Source: Takakia lepidozioides
Lineage: Eukaryota; Plantae; Bryophyta
Direction of reading: 5' to 3'
DNA: 64,000 bases
Assembly: GCA_030704615.1 (NCBI GenBank)
Contig: CM060733.1
Location: 63,054,001-63,118,000, forward strand
The position numbers and the translations under genes are program-made. Below are positions 1 to 13,193 of the stretch, piece after piece (position 1 is the stretch's first letter; each line of letters opens with the position of its first letter). Below the pieces are notes generated by a model. It had not been told where the DNA came from and searched no databases. It saw nothing but the letters and a program-made list of their open reading frames with translations.

Positions 1-22
1 AATGTTTCCAATGTTTTCGCAG

Positions 23-2903
23 ATCGACAGAGAAATCGCATGTGACAACAAGCTTGGTTCACACACTATTCCGAATTCAGAGGATTGGTCTGATGAAGCT
101 GGATGATTTTCGGACAGTACTACCACCCAATATCATCAAGAAGTGCGAAACAGGAAGAGCTGCAGGCACTTGGTATTCTTTGACACGAGAGGCGTTTCTG
201 GAGTACATGTATGCGGTAAGCCCGAGTCTGTACTCTGTTTACTTTTCGAATACATGTTTGTAGTCCCTTCGGAGCTAATCACTACTTGAATCAATGCAGC
301 AAGAACTGGCAGAGGCAGCTGAGAAGGGAAAATCCGAATATTACCGCACTACACCAGAAGAACTAAGGACATCAAAGGTTGTGGAAGCTGCAATAAAGAA
401 GGAGTTTGAAATGCGAAGAACCAAATTGATGTCCGCCTTCGGAAAGCAGCTTAGAATAGTAGATCCTGGACTTGGTCCTGAGTTCCTTCAGCAGATCAAA
501 ACACACTGTGACAAGCATGTGCATCCGGAGATGCAGCAGGAGAAATTGCACCGGCTGGCCATATCGATGGTCGACCCACAAACAAAAATAAGGTGGCTGG
601 AGATATGGAACTCAGATCAAACAGTAAAGGACTTGAATCAGTTCCCAAAGAGCACCATACAGCCTGGCACAAAGGTGGAAGGAATCAGTGATTTGGTGTT
701 TGATAACTGGCTCCACAAGGCTACATTTTGGAGTCAGGTGTGTATTCAAACATGCTGTTTTCTTCTCTTCAAGTATGTGATGAGTATCTTATTTGCAATT
801 CTGACAAATATACTATTTGCAGCTCGAAAAGCGCGCCGTCATTGTGCTGGAACAGACTTTGAAGGACTTGAACATTTCGATTGTTTCCCCTCCCCAAATG
901 TCATTGGAGGCATACATAAGGAAGTGGAGAGGTCTCACCTGGAGATACTGTTTTTTCCGGGAGTTCTCCAAAGATGGTAACATTTTACGGTCCAACGACT
1001 TTGACAGTCAGGTTGGAGGAGAGTGGGCCATGATGCGAGTTGTGTACAGGTGCAATGTCATACTTGAAACTCTACTGTTTTTTTGGGAAAAAATGTGGCT
1101 TCATATGGATTGCAATCTTAGATCCAAATTGAATGTCGTTGACGACATTCACTTCTTTGTCTGAGTCATTCTTAAGCGAGTATATGAATTCACCTGGTTA
1201 GGATCTAAGGGTGCAATTATAGTGTCCCTGATTAGAATTGATAATGTCCTTGAATGGCGTTGACGACATTCACATACGGAGTTGTTGCGAGGTCCTCAGA
1301 GTTATGTAAATTTTTGTAATGTCCATAGAGGTTACAGTGAGGGTTCCTCACTTCATTTTGCTGAATGTCAATGCAGACATTCAGTTGTTCTGCATTGTTT
1401 TTGCCTCTTGCGAGGAATCTGGAGGCTTGATAAGCTCTGTTATGAGAAATCCAAAGTGAATGTCGTTGACAACATTCACTGCTGTGTCTGTATTATTCAA
1501 CAGCGACAAATTGAATTTACATGGATTGGGAGCTAAGTAATTGGTTTCTTTTTGGTATTTTTGTGAATGGCGTTGACGCCATTCACATACAGTGATGTTG
1601 TGAGGTCCTCAGTGATATGTTCGTTATGAATGTGCATTGAGTTTTCCTGGAGGGTTCCTTACTCGATTTTTTGATTTCCATCCTGTGATTTTGCTTCATT
1701 TAAGTAATAATTTGGCTTCATTAGTGAATGTCGTTGACGACATTCACTTCTATGTCTGTGTCATTCCTAAACGATAATTTGCATTCACCTGGATTAGGGT
1801 GTATTTACAGTATCATTGAATGAAATGTTTTGAATGGCGTTGACGACATTCATATCTGGAGCAGTAGTGTGGTCCTGAAAGGTCCTTGGAGCAGTTCTCA
1901 GAGCCATTTCAATCTATGTTTTTTTCATTCTGTTCTACTTGCATCTTACTCACTGAGCGCTTTTGTGGGTAGGGATTTATCTCCTTTTTTCAGGTACACG
2001 AAATATGTGCTTATGGAAAGAAATCACCTGAGCGGAATTCCCGACTATCTTGACATGTGGTCGGACCCTGCAAACGATCCAACCATGTATACTGCAGGGA
2101 TATTGAAGGACTGGAGTCATTCTCACTTCAGAGACTGTGGGTGGTACCTTGACTGCCCACCTGAGCACACGACCTTTCAAGAACAGCATATGAAATACTT
2201 GAACAATAACGCTGAGATGCTGGCGCCTTTGACTGACGAAGAGTATCAACGAAACATAGCAACATTGGCTGCCAAGGAGCCTGATGCTCAGGGAACGCCG
2301 CAGAAGGGAAAGAAGGCGGGCCGCAAACCAAAAGACAAGGCTGTTGATGTCATAGCCATCTCACCAGCAAAGCCAAAGGACAAAGACAAGTCCAAAAGAG
2401 AAGGAAAAGGACAAGGGGAAGGAGAATGAAAAGGAGATGGAGAGTGGGCAGGACTTTACTGCTGGAAGATATACCCGCACTCTTCAGTGCGTGTTCGATG
2501 CCAAGCCACACCCTTCCCGTTCTGATTCAGCAGGAGAGATGAAAATTGTTAATGAGGGTTGGCTTTCGATGATGCAGAGTCGAAAGAGAGGATACACTGG
2601 GGTGCCATCCCCTACCTGGGACAATATAATCTCATTCCTCAATCTGGTGAGAATTCCAGTTTCTTTCCTTTTTCTCTGAAAGTTTCGTTGGCAGTATTTC
2701 AGTCTCGTTCTCTCGATAACATCAAAGTTACAGTAATAACTTTTTCAGGCTGTCTTTCAGGAAAGGCAGTGGTGGATCTTCAGGAGATACAGTCATTTCT
2801 GGCGAGTCTGTTTTCGACAGCCCCCTTTCCAATTTTCTGCTTCCTGTTTATGCCGAAGCAATGGCACTTCACGCGGCCGAGTCCCTATCCCCTGACTTTT
2901 TAG
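23..2903 (+). pseudogene. MULE accessory gene, central exons (homolog of the ParB-MTase gene of element D); no MTase exons visible
   Basis: GT-AG exons 23-215, 300-737, 823-1049 and 1994-~2646. Peptides SLVHTLFRIQRIG, WYSLTREAFLEYMYA, EKLHRL, YIRKWR, WYLDCP and PSPTWDNIISFL align with 48000-50019 (-), with the same intron positions. Frameshift near 2395. Confidence 0.75.
1131..1852. repeat. Six intronic palindromes, consensus GTGAATGTCGTTGACGACATTCAC
   Basis: Copies at ~1131, 1252, 1457, 1563, 1724 and 1831, all inside intron 1050-1993. Confidence 0.9.
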
Positions 2904-3703
2904 TGGCCAGCCGTAGGTGTATCCAGCGTGGATCCGGTGTTCTAAAATACTTAGACTTAGATGCAGAGGAAGCGGGGATACATTGTACTGACTCTGAGTC
3001 AAACTGAACTGTATTCTTTTAATATTCATTTTCATATTATCTGGAAAACGTTGAATCCCCTTCCTCCACCGTAGTTGTTCCTTTAGAACAAATAATAATC
3101 ACAGAATCAACTTTCATTTAAATTGCAATATGTATGAATCTATCTCACAAACCTCCCTGACTCTTCTCATATCCATTGTGCAATCATCTACAATGTATTC
3201 ATGCGTGCTCCATTCATGAATTTTTTCCTTTGTACAACATCCATTGTACATTCATCCTCTGTACTCTTTAATCCACCCCACAAACCTTCCACACTCATTT
3301 CATATACGTTGTGCATTCATCAAAAGATTTGGTCATGCATCTTCCTGTCATGAATTTTTGTCATTGCTCAACATCCATTATACATTCATCCATTTTACTC
3401 TTATCCATCCCTCATTCATCCATCTACATTCATTTTTCACACTCATCCATCTGTTTATCATCCAACTGTACATTCATCCATCCTTTATTCAATGCATTTT
3501 ATTATGTCGTCCAGCTTGTTTCCGCGGTAAAGGGTGCCAATCCGCGGGAATACACTCCACTTCTTTCTGGGCGCGTGGTGACGCGGCCTTCACGTGTGAT
3601 GACGTGGAGTGAGCCCTGTGACGTGGCATTTGCGCAAGGTGACGTGGCGTGAGCGCAGTTGCGCTCACGCGCTCACATGACCAGGCTCACGCCGAGGCAT
3701 CCC

Positions 3704-5330
3704 TGTAGTCCGGCGGGGCATGTGCATGATGTGTGAGGTCGGCATATATAAGGAAGTAGCCATGTAGGTACCGTATGGTCTGGAGGCCGGCCTTGGTAGG
3801 TGCCAACATTGATGAGTGTAAACCATCTAGTTTCATTGCGTCATAATAAGAGTTTGTGTATATGCCATACGACGTGGTGATGTCTAGCAATACGAAGTCC
3901 GTGGATGACGGGGTGGGGACATTCGCTAAGAAGATAGGGCCAGGTATCTCGTGTTGCGTGGATGTGGGAGCATAGTGGTTAGTGCGGGGATCGGAACAGG
4001 GTTGGCCAGAAGGTGTGCTTGCGTTGATGGCCCATATACTGGGTGTATCTGAATTTAAGTGTTTTCCGTATTTGTGCATCAAATATGGCTAATGTTCCAG
4101 AACTGGTTTGACAGCTTATGGTGAAAGACAGTGGAAATGGTCCATTTTTTGATATGTAGTTTGGTGTGGCTGAGAGAAGTTGAGGCTTGTTTGTTGGCTT
4201 CTTTAGTCAGGGTGGTAAGAAGGTTCCGAATTGGACAGGGTTATGGAGGGTCAGGTATTGGGTGAATCAGCCAAAAATGGTATACATGAGCAATGTGGAT
4301 GGGGTCGGCGGAAGGTTCTATTGGGGGTTTGGAGGCCCCTAGCTGGGCGAGGAGGTTTGCTTCCTCGTTGCCATTAATACCAGTATGTGAACGAACTTTG
4401 AGAAAATGAATGGGTTTATTGATGGAGATGGTGAGGTTGATAATTGCGGAGATAAGGTTTCGATCGGGGTGATGGTGGTGGGAGGAAGGACAGGCAATGT
4501 GGTTACGAAGTATAAAGAGAGAGTTGAGGCTGTCCGTGAAGATGTAGTATGGTGGGGGGAATGAGGCTAATTGTGATAGAGCTTCAAAAATAGCCATAAG
4601 TTCGGCACGAAGTATGGTTGCGGGGCCCGGAAGTTTGTGGGCAGTCTCGTTGTTAGTGGCGGCATGGTAGACACCATATCCAGCAAGGGAGCCAGATTGG
4701 GAGCTGTCTGTGTAGTGTGAGTGGAGTAGGGGGTATTTGGGGGAAGTAGGCCCAAGGTAAACCGGAGGGGGGTCATGGGAGGTTATATTGTGCAGGGTAA
4801 TGGGTCGGGGTGGAGTCTTGTCCTGTACTTTGTTAGGTTTTGGCCTTGGGGGTGGTCTGGCAGGAGGGCTGTGTGAAGTAGGGGGGGAATAGGTGGTGAG
4901 CACCATGTCATATTGGGTGTTGGATAGAAGATTTTGGAGGCGAGTGGGAAAGTCTGGGGATATGGAGGTGTGGAGTAGGGTTAGAGTGGGTTCCTTGTGG
5001 CGGAGGTATTTAAGGAAGGGCAGGCTGTGTGTATAGCGAAGTTGGTTGGGTTCAATGGCAGCTAATGGTGTTACCCCAAGAGGGAGTTGTAGGAGGGGGT
5101 GTTGGTGGTCAGGCGACCTCTGCTGTGTAAGAATAAGGATAGTGGTGGTCGAGGGGGAGGAGCAAGCGACAAGGCATGCCCATTGGCGAGCCTCATGTGT
5201 AAGGGGCCCAAGGCAGGTGGACAAGGCCACCGCCCGACCAGGTATGTTGAGTTGTGGAGCCTAGGGCTCCGAATACACAGTCTCGAGGGTGTGGGCTGTC
5301 ATCGGAAGAGAGCTCAAGGGGACAAGTGAG
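3704..5330 (-). mobile_element. Non-LTR retrotransposon remnant with RNase H and a downstream zinc-knuckle region
   Basis: ORF 4241-5230 has RNase H motifs (YTDSS, AELMAI, FTDSL, KVRSHTGINGNEEAN). 3704-4150 is a frameshifted homolog of 5681-6316. Confidence 0.8.
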
Positions 5331-5432
5331 TGGGCTTGAGTAGTATGAGTGGGTAAGCTGAAATGAGGTGATGAGAAGAGAGAAGAGAGAGAATACTCCG
5401 GCAAAAGCCGGCGTAACTAAGAGCCACTTCAC

Positions 5433-6400
5433 CTTGCGGCTACTGCCCCCTTTCGGGGGTGGGCCTTATAAGAAAAACAGGTGTCCTGTAGGACATCGGG
5501 TAGCCGGGGGTATAGAGGTACCAATGGTACCCCTAGGTACCCAGGGGTACCTAGTGTATCGTTGTAGAGCTGGATTCTAGTTGCCATTTGTTGGTAATAA
5601 TAGCTGTGAGGGAACGGAGCGTCGTGAGGTGGATTGTTTTGAAACATTTATGGATAGGGGGGATGGGGATTTTGAAGTTATCATGTATACCGGATTGCAA
5701 GGATGAGCGGGGCATATTTTTGCCGTTTTTCCAATATAGAGTCGTTGGGGTATCGGTCATGACAATATATAAAATCTATAAAGTGGATGGTGATTTGTGG
5801 GGATGGTGTACTGGGTGGTGGGGTGTTAGTGGGTAGGCCTAGGGCAAGTAGGATATCAGGGCATAGGCGTGCGCGGCAGGTGCATGATGAGCGAGAGCAT
5901 GTACATGGAAGTAGCCATGGTGGTACAGTGTGGTCTGGTGGCCGGCCTTGGAAGGTGCCGGCATTAATGAGTGAGAACCATCTGGTTTCAGCGCGGCTCA
6001 TAAGGAGTTTATGGATGTGCCATACTGCATGGTTGTGGCGAGTGATATGGAGGCCGTGGATGACTGGATGGGTACAATGGCTAAGGAGGTGTGGCCATGT
6101 GTCGCGTTCATGGTGGGTACTTGAGCATAGTGGGCAGTATGGGGAGGGAAAGAGATGTGGCCAAAATATGTGTTTACACTGGTGGCCCATGTATTGGGCG
6201 TACCTGAATTTGAGTGTTTGTCGGATTTGTGCATCACTAGTGGCTTTGGTGTGCCAAAAGTGGTTTGAAAGCTTGTGATGGAGCACTGAGGACTGAGTCC
6301 ATTTTTGAATGTGCACTTTGGTACGGCTTATGGATGCTGCAGTTGCTTGTTAGCTTCACGGGTGAGAGTGGTAAGAAGGTTACGTATCGGACGAGGGGGA
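5433..6400 (-). mobile_element. Non-LTR retrotransposon 3' fragment with CCHC knuckle and restriction-like endonuclease (RLE)
   Basis: ORF 5681-6316 contains CPLC...DTWPHLLSHC, RHN, PDILL, IHFIDF and KRQKY, the typical RLE motif order. Confidence 0.75.
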
Positions 6401-7038
6401 TAGAAGCTCATCTCTCCTATGGGGTTGTTGCTTTTCTACCTCATCTTCTCTCTCTAGGGGCTCGCCACTCTCTCAAGTTGAACCACACTCATTTTTTTAG
6501 GGAAGATTTCTCATTTTCAAAGCATAAATGGCACTTGGCCTGCAACTTAAGCACCTAGGGTATCCCTAGTCTTCCTAAGTTGCACTAGTTGCTTCCTCCA
6601 AGCTTGCCTAAAACATCTAGGCTAAGCTCTAAGCACACAAACAAACTATGACTTCACAAAGCAAGTTGCATAATGCACAACTATGCTCACAAGCAAGCTC
6701 TCTAAGCAACTAACTAACAAGCAAAAAACAAAAGTGAAGTGGTGAGCAAGCTCACCTCCTAAGCTACTTATACTAGAAAAACTATAAAAAATGATTGGAT
6801 GGAATATCCAAAATCTTTGGATGAGAAAAGATTTCAATACTTCTTGGTTGGTAGGTGTCACATTTCATCCAACCAGCTGTCCGAAGGCGTCTTATCTCTT
6901 TTAGGCCCATAAATCATCTTCAATTGAATTTCTTGTAGCCACAGGTGCTCGAAAACTTCATAAATGGTGATTTGTTGCAAATCATCTCCAAAAATCTTGA
7001 AACTTGGCCACAAATGCCCTTGGGGTATGTTTGACGAT

Positions 7039-7281
7039 AGAAGCATGCTACAGTGGCTCACTTTGCGAAATTTTTGTCCAGTCTAAACTTGTCTACTTTC
7101 ATTTATATCTTTTTTCATAGGAACTTCAAATTAGGTGTTGCAATTTATTTTTGTTGTCAACTCAATTTGAGATCACCCAAAAATTGGTTTCCAAACAAAG
7201 CTATTGAGTTTTGAAGATGAAAATTGAGAGTAGATTAGAGTAGACTGGACAAAAGTGAGCCACTGTAGCATGCTTCTGCCC
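7039..7281. mobile_element. MITE, ~245 bp
   Basis: TIR AGAAGCATGCTACAGTGGCTCACTTT at both ends. Near-identical inverted copy at 33848-34095. Confidence 0.85.
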
Positions 7282-7899
7282 CTTGAGATACCCACCAAAC
7301 TTCAGGTCCATGTGGTTTCACCATCAATTATGGAAAATCAACAAGCGTCAATTGCACGTGAAAACACAGCTTTCAACGCGTAACATATTTTTTGGTTATG
7401 AACAAATCAACACTTGGGGGCTGAAATTCCTTCCACATCATCTTGTATCACTTTTAACCACACACACTAAAAAAGCCCTCTCCAAACAGCACTCGATTCC
7501 GGCTTCGTCTTGTTCGCTGAAGGTACTTTGCACAACAAAATCGCAGTCGACCGCTACCGCTGGATAAAACCTCTTTAGGATTTTTGATAGAAGGCCAAGA
7601 CACCTTGGAAGCTTCTTGATTTGAGTTCACACTAAAAAACTTCATTGTCTTTCTTGGAAAAAGAATACACTGCTGGCAGTTTGTTGATTGCCGCACTGCA
7701 GTGTCTGTTTGCATGAATGAACTAAAACACAGGGGAACCATGCTTGATCACTATCACTGACGTATCCAAGCATGAAATAATTTTTTTAATCATGAACATA
7801 TGTGCTCCACGCCTCCAGCGTCCTCATGAAACTGCATTGGAGCAACGTGAAAATTGATACCTGGTACATTGCGAGACTGTTGTCAACCGTGTCGTTTAA

Positions 7900-9110
7900 A
7901 GCACAGCCCCCATCCATAATTGTAGTGAGGGTTGAGAACTGGTGAATTCAAAAGTCAGCAGTAGGTCTCTTGGGGGGCCTAGACTTCTTTGGATCGGAAT
8001 GTGAGTTGCACTCGTCACTGTTGATTGCGCTGGAGAGCCGTTTGAGACCTGGGCTGGTGTGCCCCCACTTGTCATGTTGGTTGCAGCTGGCGGAGGGGCC
8101 CTTCGCTGGGTAGAAGAATTGTTACCTCCTTTCCTGGGGTGAGCTGGCTCCGTCGTTAGTGGTCTCTGGCAGGTCTTGTGAAGACTTGGTTTGGAACAGC
8201 TGATCATCGGCGAAGAATTGTTTGTTTGAGATGTGCATATCGCTGACGTCCGCATCCTCCTCGTCTTGGCTCACATTAGCAGAGCCTTCCTCGTGGTGGC
8301 TCATTTTGGTCGCAATTTGTTGTGCTAGGGGAGAGAAAGTGTTTGAGCAAGGGTGCTTGTGAGTCCTCCGTCCTGGCTGCTACCTGATTTAGCACTAGAT
8401 GTGCCTGGGGGCACGTTGAAGGGGCGAAGTAAAGCGGGAGAGACAGCAGTGTGAAAGTTGGTGGGGGGAGGCAGCGGGGGTACGTAGAAAAGATGGGTGA
8501 GTGGGGATCTGTTTTTGAGATAGATATCACGGAGCGGGTGGGCGGCGAGACACGGTGGGGTGTCAACTTGAGGCAACAGGGAGTTTGTAACGACGGTGGA
8601 GGCAGAGCCTTTACTGTATTGCCAGCATGGGCAATCTTGCGTTCTATGTAAGGTAGTTATTTCGTAGGGCAAAGGCGGCTGCTACACTAATCTTACACAG
8701 AATAGGGTCTGATGTGAGTTCATCTGGTGGCAGGGTGGTGTGAGGGCATTGGACGGTGCGTTGAGTTGAGGAGACAACAATGATGTGAGGGAGAGGAGTG
8801 GATCTATGTCTGACACAGAAACTGTATGGTGTGGGAGGGGATTATGACAGTTAAGGGGGGGACAAACTCTGTAAGTGCTGTTTATGAAGCTAAGTGCAAT
8901 GTGGGGGTGATATATGGCTGCTGTAGGGTAATGGGGTGAGATGAAAGGTTTAAGGTGGTGTCATAATTTTGATTACATGGTGGCTGGGAGGTTTGATTAT
9001 GGTATGAGACTAGTGTAAAGAAGGGGCCAAAATATAATGTGGGGGTATAAAGCGTGCCAGGGGTAAGTGTTGGTATGGGGGTTGGGCATTTTGGCATCAT
9101 GTGGGGTGTG
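7900..9110 (-). mobile_element. Probable degraded retroelement fragment
   Basis: Same strong strand skew (C/A-rich, Pro/Thr/His-rich minus frames) as the LINE remnants at 3.7-6.4 kb. No diagnostic motif. Confidence 0.3.
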
Positions 9111-9590
9111 GGGATGCAATCAAGTATCCTAGTATAGGGTGAACGAGCTTTGATCACGTGGAATTTAATGACAGCAGGATTTACCCATTCAAGCATGGGT
9201 GTGGTAGAAATGGGTGTGGTACGAATGCCTTGGAGACATATGAGCAAAGGATGCCGGAAAGGTTGAATCCTAATCACATCACGTTTGTTTGGTTGTGTGC
9301 GCCTATCAGTCCTGGAAAAGGGCAAAGAGAAGGCAGATACTATTTTGACTTCCCGAGTCAAGATCATGGCATCACTCTAACGCACAGTGGAGCATTTTGG
9401 TCAGCAAATGATGTAGGAAGGGTGGAAGCCCAACCAGGTAATGTTCATTTCTGTTTTCACTGTGCACGCGAGCTTGTTAGCCCTGGAAATGGCGCAGAGG
9501 TCCATTGAGACATCGTCAAAGCTGGAATTGTAGTAGTTGTCATTTTGAATACTACCCTAATGGACATGTATGCCAAATGTGAGCTTGGAA
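9110..9590 (+). pseudogene. Degenerate PLS-class PPR fragments
   Basis: Broken motifs ALETYEQ...PNHITFV and LNTTLMDMYAKC. Confidence 0.7.
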
Positions 9591-11149
9591 GTCCTGGAAA
9601 ACGGCATAGAGGTCCATCTTTACATGGTCAAAACGAGAATTGTAGTAGATGTCATTATGAATACTGCCAGACTACTGGACATGTACATGTACATCTCACT
9701 GGTACTCTTTTGCTTCTTCCATGCTGGCTATGTGGTCAGACCCTAGACTGCAGCTTAGCTGGGTTGTATTCTCTGGAGTGTGGTAGATTCAGGTGTGAGC
9801 TGCTCATTGTGTCATGCAAGAATAGCTCCCTTGTTATTCTCCTTTCCTCTTCAGTAAAAGGGAGTCTAATTTCTTGCTCAAGTCTAGGGCTGGATTGTGC
9901 CAGCTTTTGCACACCTTCTTTTCATTTTGGGCTTTGTAATCAGAGGTGCAGGGGCTTGGTGAAAGATCAGAACTAGAACCTTAAAAAATCTTTTGCTGCC
10001 ACTGGGTCCATGAGAGGTCTTGAAGTTCTGAAATGAGAGAATTTAATGCTTTGGGTTCTTTTTCTCAAAATGAGAAAACATCTCGGAATCTAAAGGAGGA
10101 GAGAGACAGACAACTGGGTTCTCCCTCCCCTCGAATGCCATCACCAGTGCGGAAGACTAAGCGAGATAGGCGAGAGGATACCACGATTTCTTTCCTGCCT
10201 TGAGTTCTTTGTACACAGATTCATGGTTCTTTGCAAACACAATGGGCATCAAATACATGTTGGTCTTCAGAAGAAAACTGTTCTCTCCCTGAATGAAGGC
10301 AAGGGTGCGATACTCTTTGCCACAAAATAAACTCGCGGACATGCTCAGGTAGGATGGTAGAGAGAAGCACAACATTGGGTGATTTCGCTTTGTATAAAGC
10401 TTTGGCCTTATTCAAAATCAAACATCAAATCATCAATCATCAAATCAAATCAGACCTTGATATTGACTCTATTTGTTGTCACTGTGTTTAATGATGAAGT
10501 GGTTGTGCCGTTGGGCTTAGTAATATGAGCCATTCTATTTTAGCAATCTGCTTTGCCCCTCTCAACAGTAACCTCACCATCTAGCTGGCGCTGAGGTGTG
10601 ATAAGATATCGATGGAATCAGCATCACCCTGTAATAACCAGCCACCTGGCTGTCCAGATTGGATTGTATTATATATATATATCATGAGGCGCGTAGGCTC
10701 CTGGCGGTGTTTTGCGTGCTTAAACTTGTGCCCTTGGATGTGAGTGGATGTGAAGCTGTTATGCTCCTTTACTGCTTTTGATTGGAGGAGACCCTGACCT
10801 CATTTGCTTTAAGATTCCCTACCTTGAGTGAAGCAACTTTACTTGAGCTTACTCCCTGTAGAAGACCGACCCTTAGAGGAAGCAGGAATGTCGAGGGACC
10901 GTCTGTCCACATATCCCAAGTTGAACCACAAGCACTCAAATAAAATACCCAAGCAACATTTTCCAAACTTTCACTAATTCGTAGTACAAAATATTTCACA
11001 ATCAATTTCCACCAACATGCCCCAGGTGTGAGTATCGACCAGTGTACTTCTTAACCCTTAAACACCCAATGCGACTTTGTGATAGCACTACATATTCACT
11101 TAACTCTATTAATTAAGTGATTCATGTTTGCTGTTTGTTGTTTTTTTGG

Positions 11150-11417
11150 GGGGGGCCTGCCTTTGCAGAGCCCACTATTTACTGATTTAGTAGGTAGTAA
11201 GAGGGGGGTCCCTTATATAGCCTCTTAGGGTGGTGGGACCTTTCTAGAAGCCCACCTACCTTACCCTACTCCCTATTCTAAATTTAGCCAATTCCTTCCT
11301 TCTTTTTTTGGACCCCCTCATCTCATTCCTTAATACACGTGGCCTTTGCACTCTAATTCCTGGGCCACATTAATTCCTAGACCACTCTAGAATCAGGGCC
11401 CGAATGAAACTGCTCTT
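11150..11417 (-). mobile_element. LTR-like fragment related to 37269-37940
   Basis: Reverse complement AGAGCAGTTTCATTCGGGCCCTGATTCTAGAGTGGTCTAGGAATTA matches 37272-37320. Confidence 0.45.
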
Positions 11418-11448
11418 TCCCTACCAATGATAACCGTTCCCTGTGAAC

Positions 11449-11620
11449 GCTGTGACTGGCTGTGTCGGACTGTGTCGGGCTGTGTCAAGCTATGATAGGC
11501 TGTGTCGGATTGTGTCGGTCTGTGTCAAGCTGTGATAGGCTGTGACTGACTGTGTTAGGCTGTATAAGGTTGTGACAAGTTGTGACAGACTGTGTAAACC
11601 TGTGGCTGACTGTGTGAGCC
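11449..11620. repeat. 10-bp minisatellite (CTGTGTCGGA-like), ~17 units
   Basis: Visible 10-bp periodicity: ctgtgactgg ctgtgtcgga ctgtgtcggg ctgtgtcaag ... Confidence 0.9.
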
Positions 11621-13193
11621 TGCCTACCACCCCTAAGGCCTCTATTGGTCTGAGTTTACGGATCCCCGGAAATTACAGGGTTTTTTCACCTGTAGTGATT
11701 TTGGGAAAAGTCAAACTTATCCGGTGGGCATTGGGAAATTCGAACAGTATCTTCCTAACTACCCTGCGCATACACCTGCCAAATTCCAGGCCAGTCGGAT
11801 GGAAATCAGAAAAATGCCACCGTTGCATGTGGGGTGCATTTTTTGGGGCAAAAAAAATAAAAATAAAATTGCAAGTGGTTTTCCTGAAATTTGGATGACG
11901 GGATGGAACTCGATTGGGCTGATGCATCTCACTGGTCATCCTCACCACATCCTACATTCAACAAGCCAAAAAGTGCTCAAATTGGCCAAGTGCAAATCTG
12001 CTGGTGGTTGGTCAAAGCAGGGCGTGCGGGAACTGGGGCGTGCACAACCACAACGCGGGAACCTCCACGCTTCGCCACATACCCCCCTCCAGAAAAATCG
12101 CAATTGCAACTAGCTTATCAGAAATTAGGGTTATCAGTCCCATCTGCAAACTAGACGATGGGAGAAAATCCACAGCCCTGATTTTGCAAAATTTGATCAA
12201 GATCTGAAAAAGTTACGGTTCCTGAAAAATTTCGGCCTCGCGGGCGTTTAAGGGCTAAGCTGCGTGTGCAAGAGGTTGGAGGTGAGTGGACGATTTGGTT
12301 TGCACTCATAAGAAACAGTCCTTTGGAGATGATACCATTAACTTTCCACAAATAAACTCTGCAATTTACCCCAATTGCAATCAAATCTACAAAGAGTAGC
12401 TTCTGTGGCGAGTTGGGAATGTAATTTCGCAAAATGATCCCAAGTGTTATGGCACCTTGACAGCTATGGCAGCCGTAATTACCATCAGCATTGTCTAATT
12501 ACTCTGTGCACCATTCGTAGAACAATGCAGATACAAGTTTCCTGGGGCATTGTAATTTGCCTTCCAACTAGAAAGCTGCTGCCTTCAGGCAAAGCGACAC
12601 TATAATTAATTTCTGATTGCTTGGCCAGGAGTCAAACTTTTTCCCTGGGCAAACTCATCTTCATCCAAACAAAAATAGTCATCTCCTTCTAGGCTGCAGT
12701 ACCCCAACACCCTCCACAAACTATCTCGCACATTTTCCTTAGGTTCACTAATTGGAAACATGAAGATATTCTGCAAGCACTACTAATATACACAATCTCG
12801 AATCATACTTCCTGGCCAGCTGCACATGTAGTAAGTATAACAGAGCCCGGGCATCTTGCAGTAAACAAATCCAATCCAATAATCATTAATCTAACCTTAT
12901 CCTATCATAAGACTCTACACATAATTGTCTAAGCAGTGAACGGAATTGATAGACCGTCTGGGCTACAGCTTCCATAACCTGGTTGCAGGCAATTTCCAGA
13001 TTGCAGCTTTGAAGTCATCCTTAGCACTTTGTATCCGAGCAAAACTTTCAACTCACTACCGTCTAAATTAAACTCATAAGCTAAGTATGAAGTTAAGTAA
13101 TACTTCAATCTCATCTTTAGCCCCACCTCTAGGTTCCAGCATCCTGCAAATTGATTGCCTATGCTTCTAGAAAAGGACCAGTATGCATTAACC

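Larger units (their letters stand above)
1..3703. mobile_element. MULE-family element A, partial (continues left of the window)
   Basis: Terminus at 3640-3703 (reverse complement GGGATGCCTCGGCGTGAGCCTGG...) matches the end of element B at 31125 (GGGGAATGCCTCCGCGTGAGCCTGG). It carries a homolog of the element D accessory gene. Confidence 0.75.
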
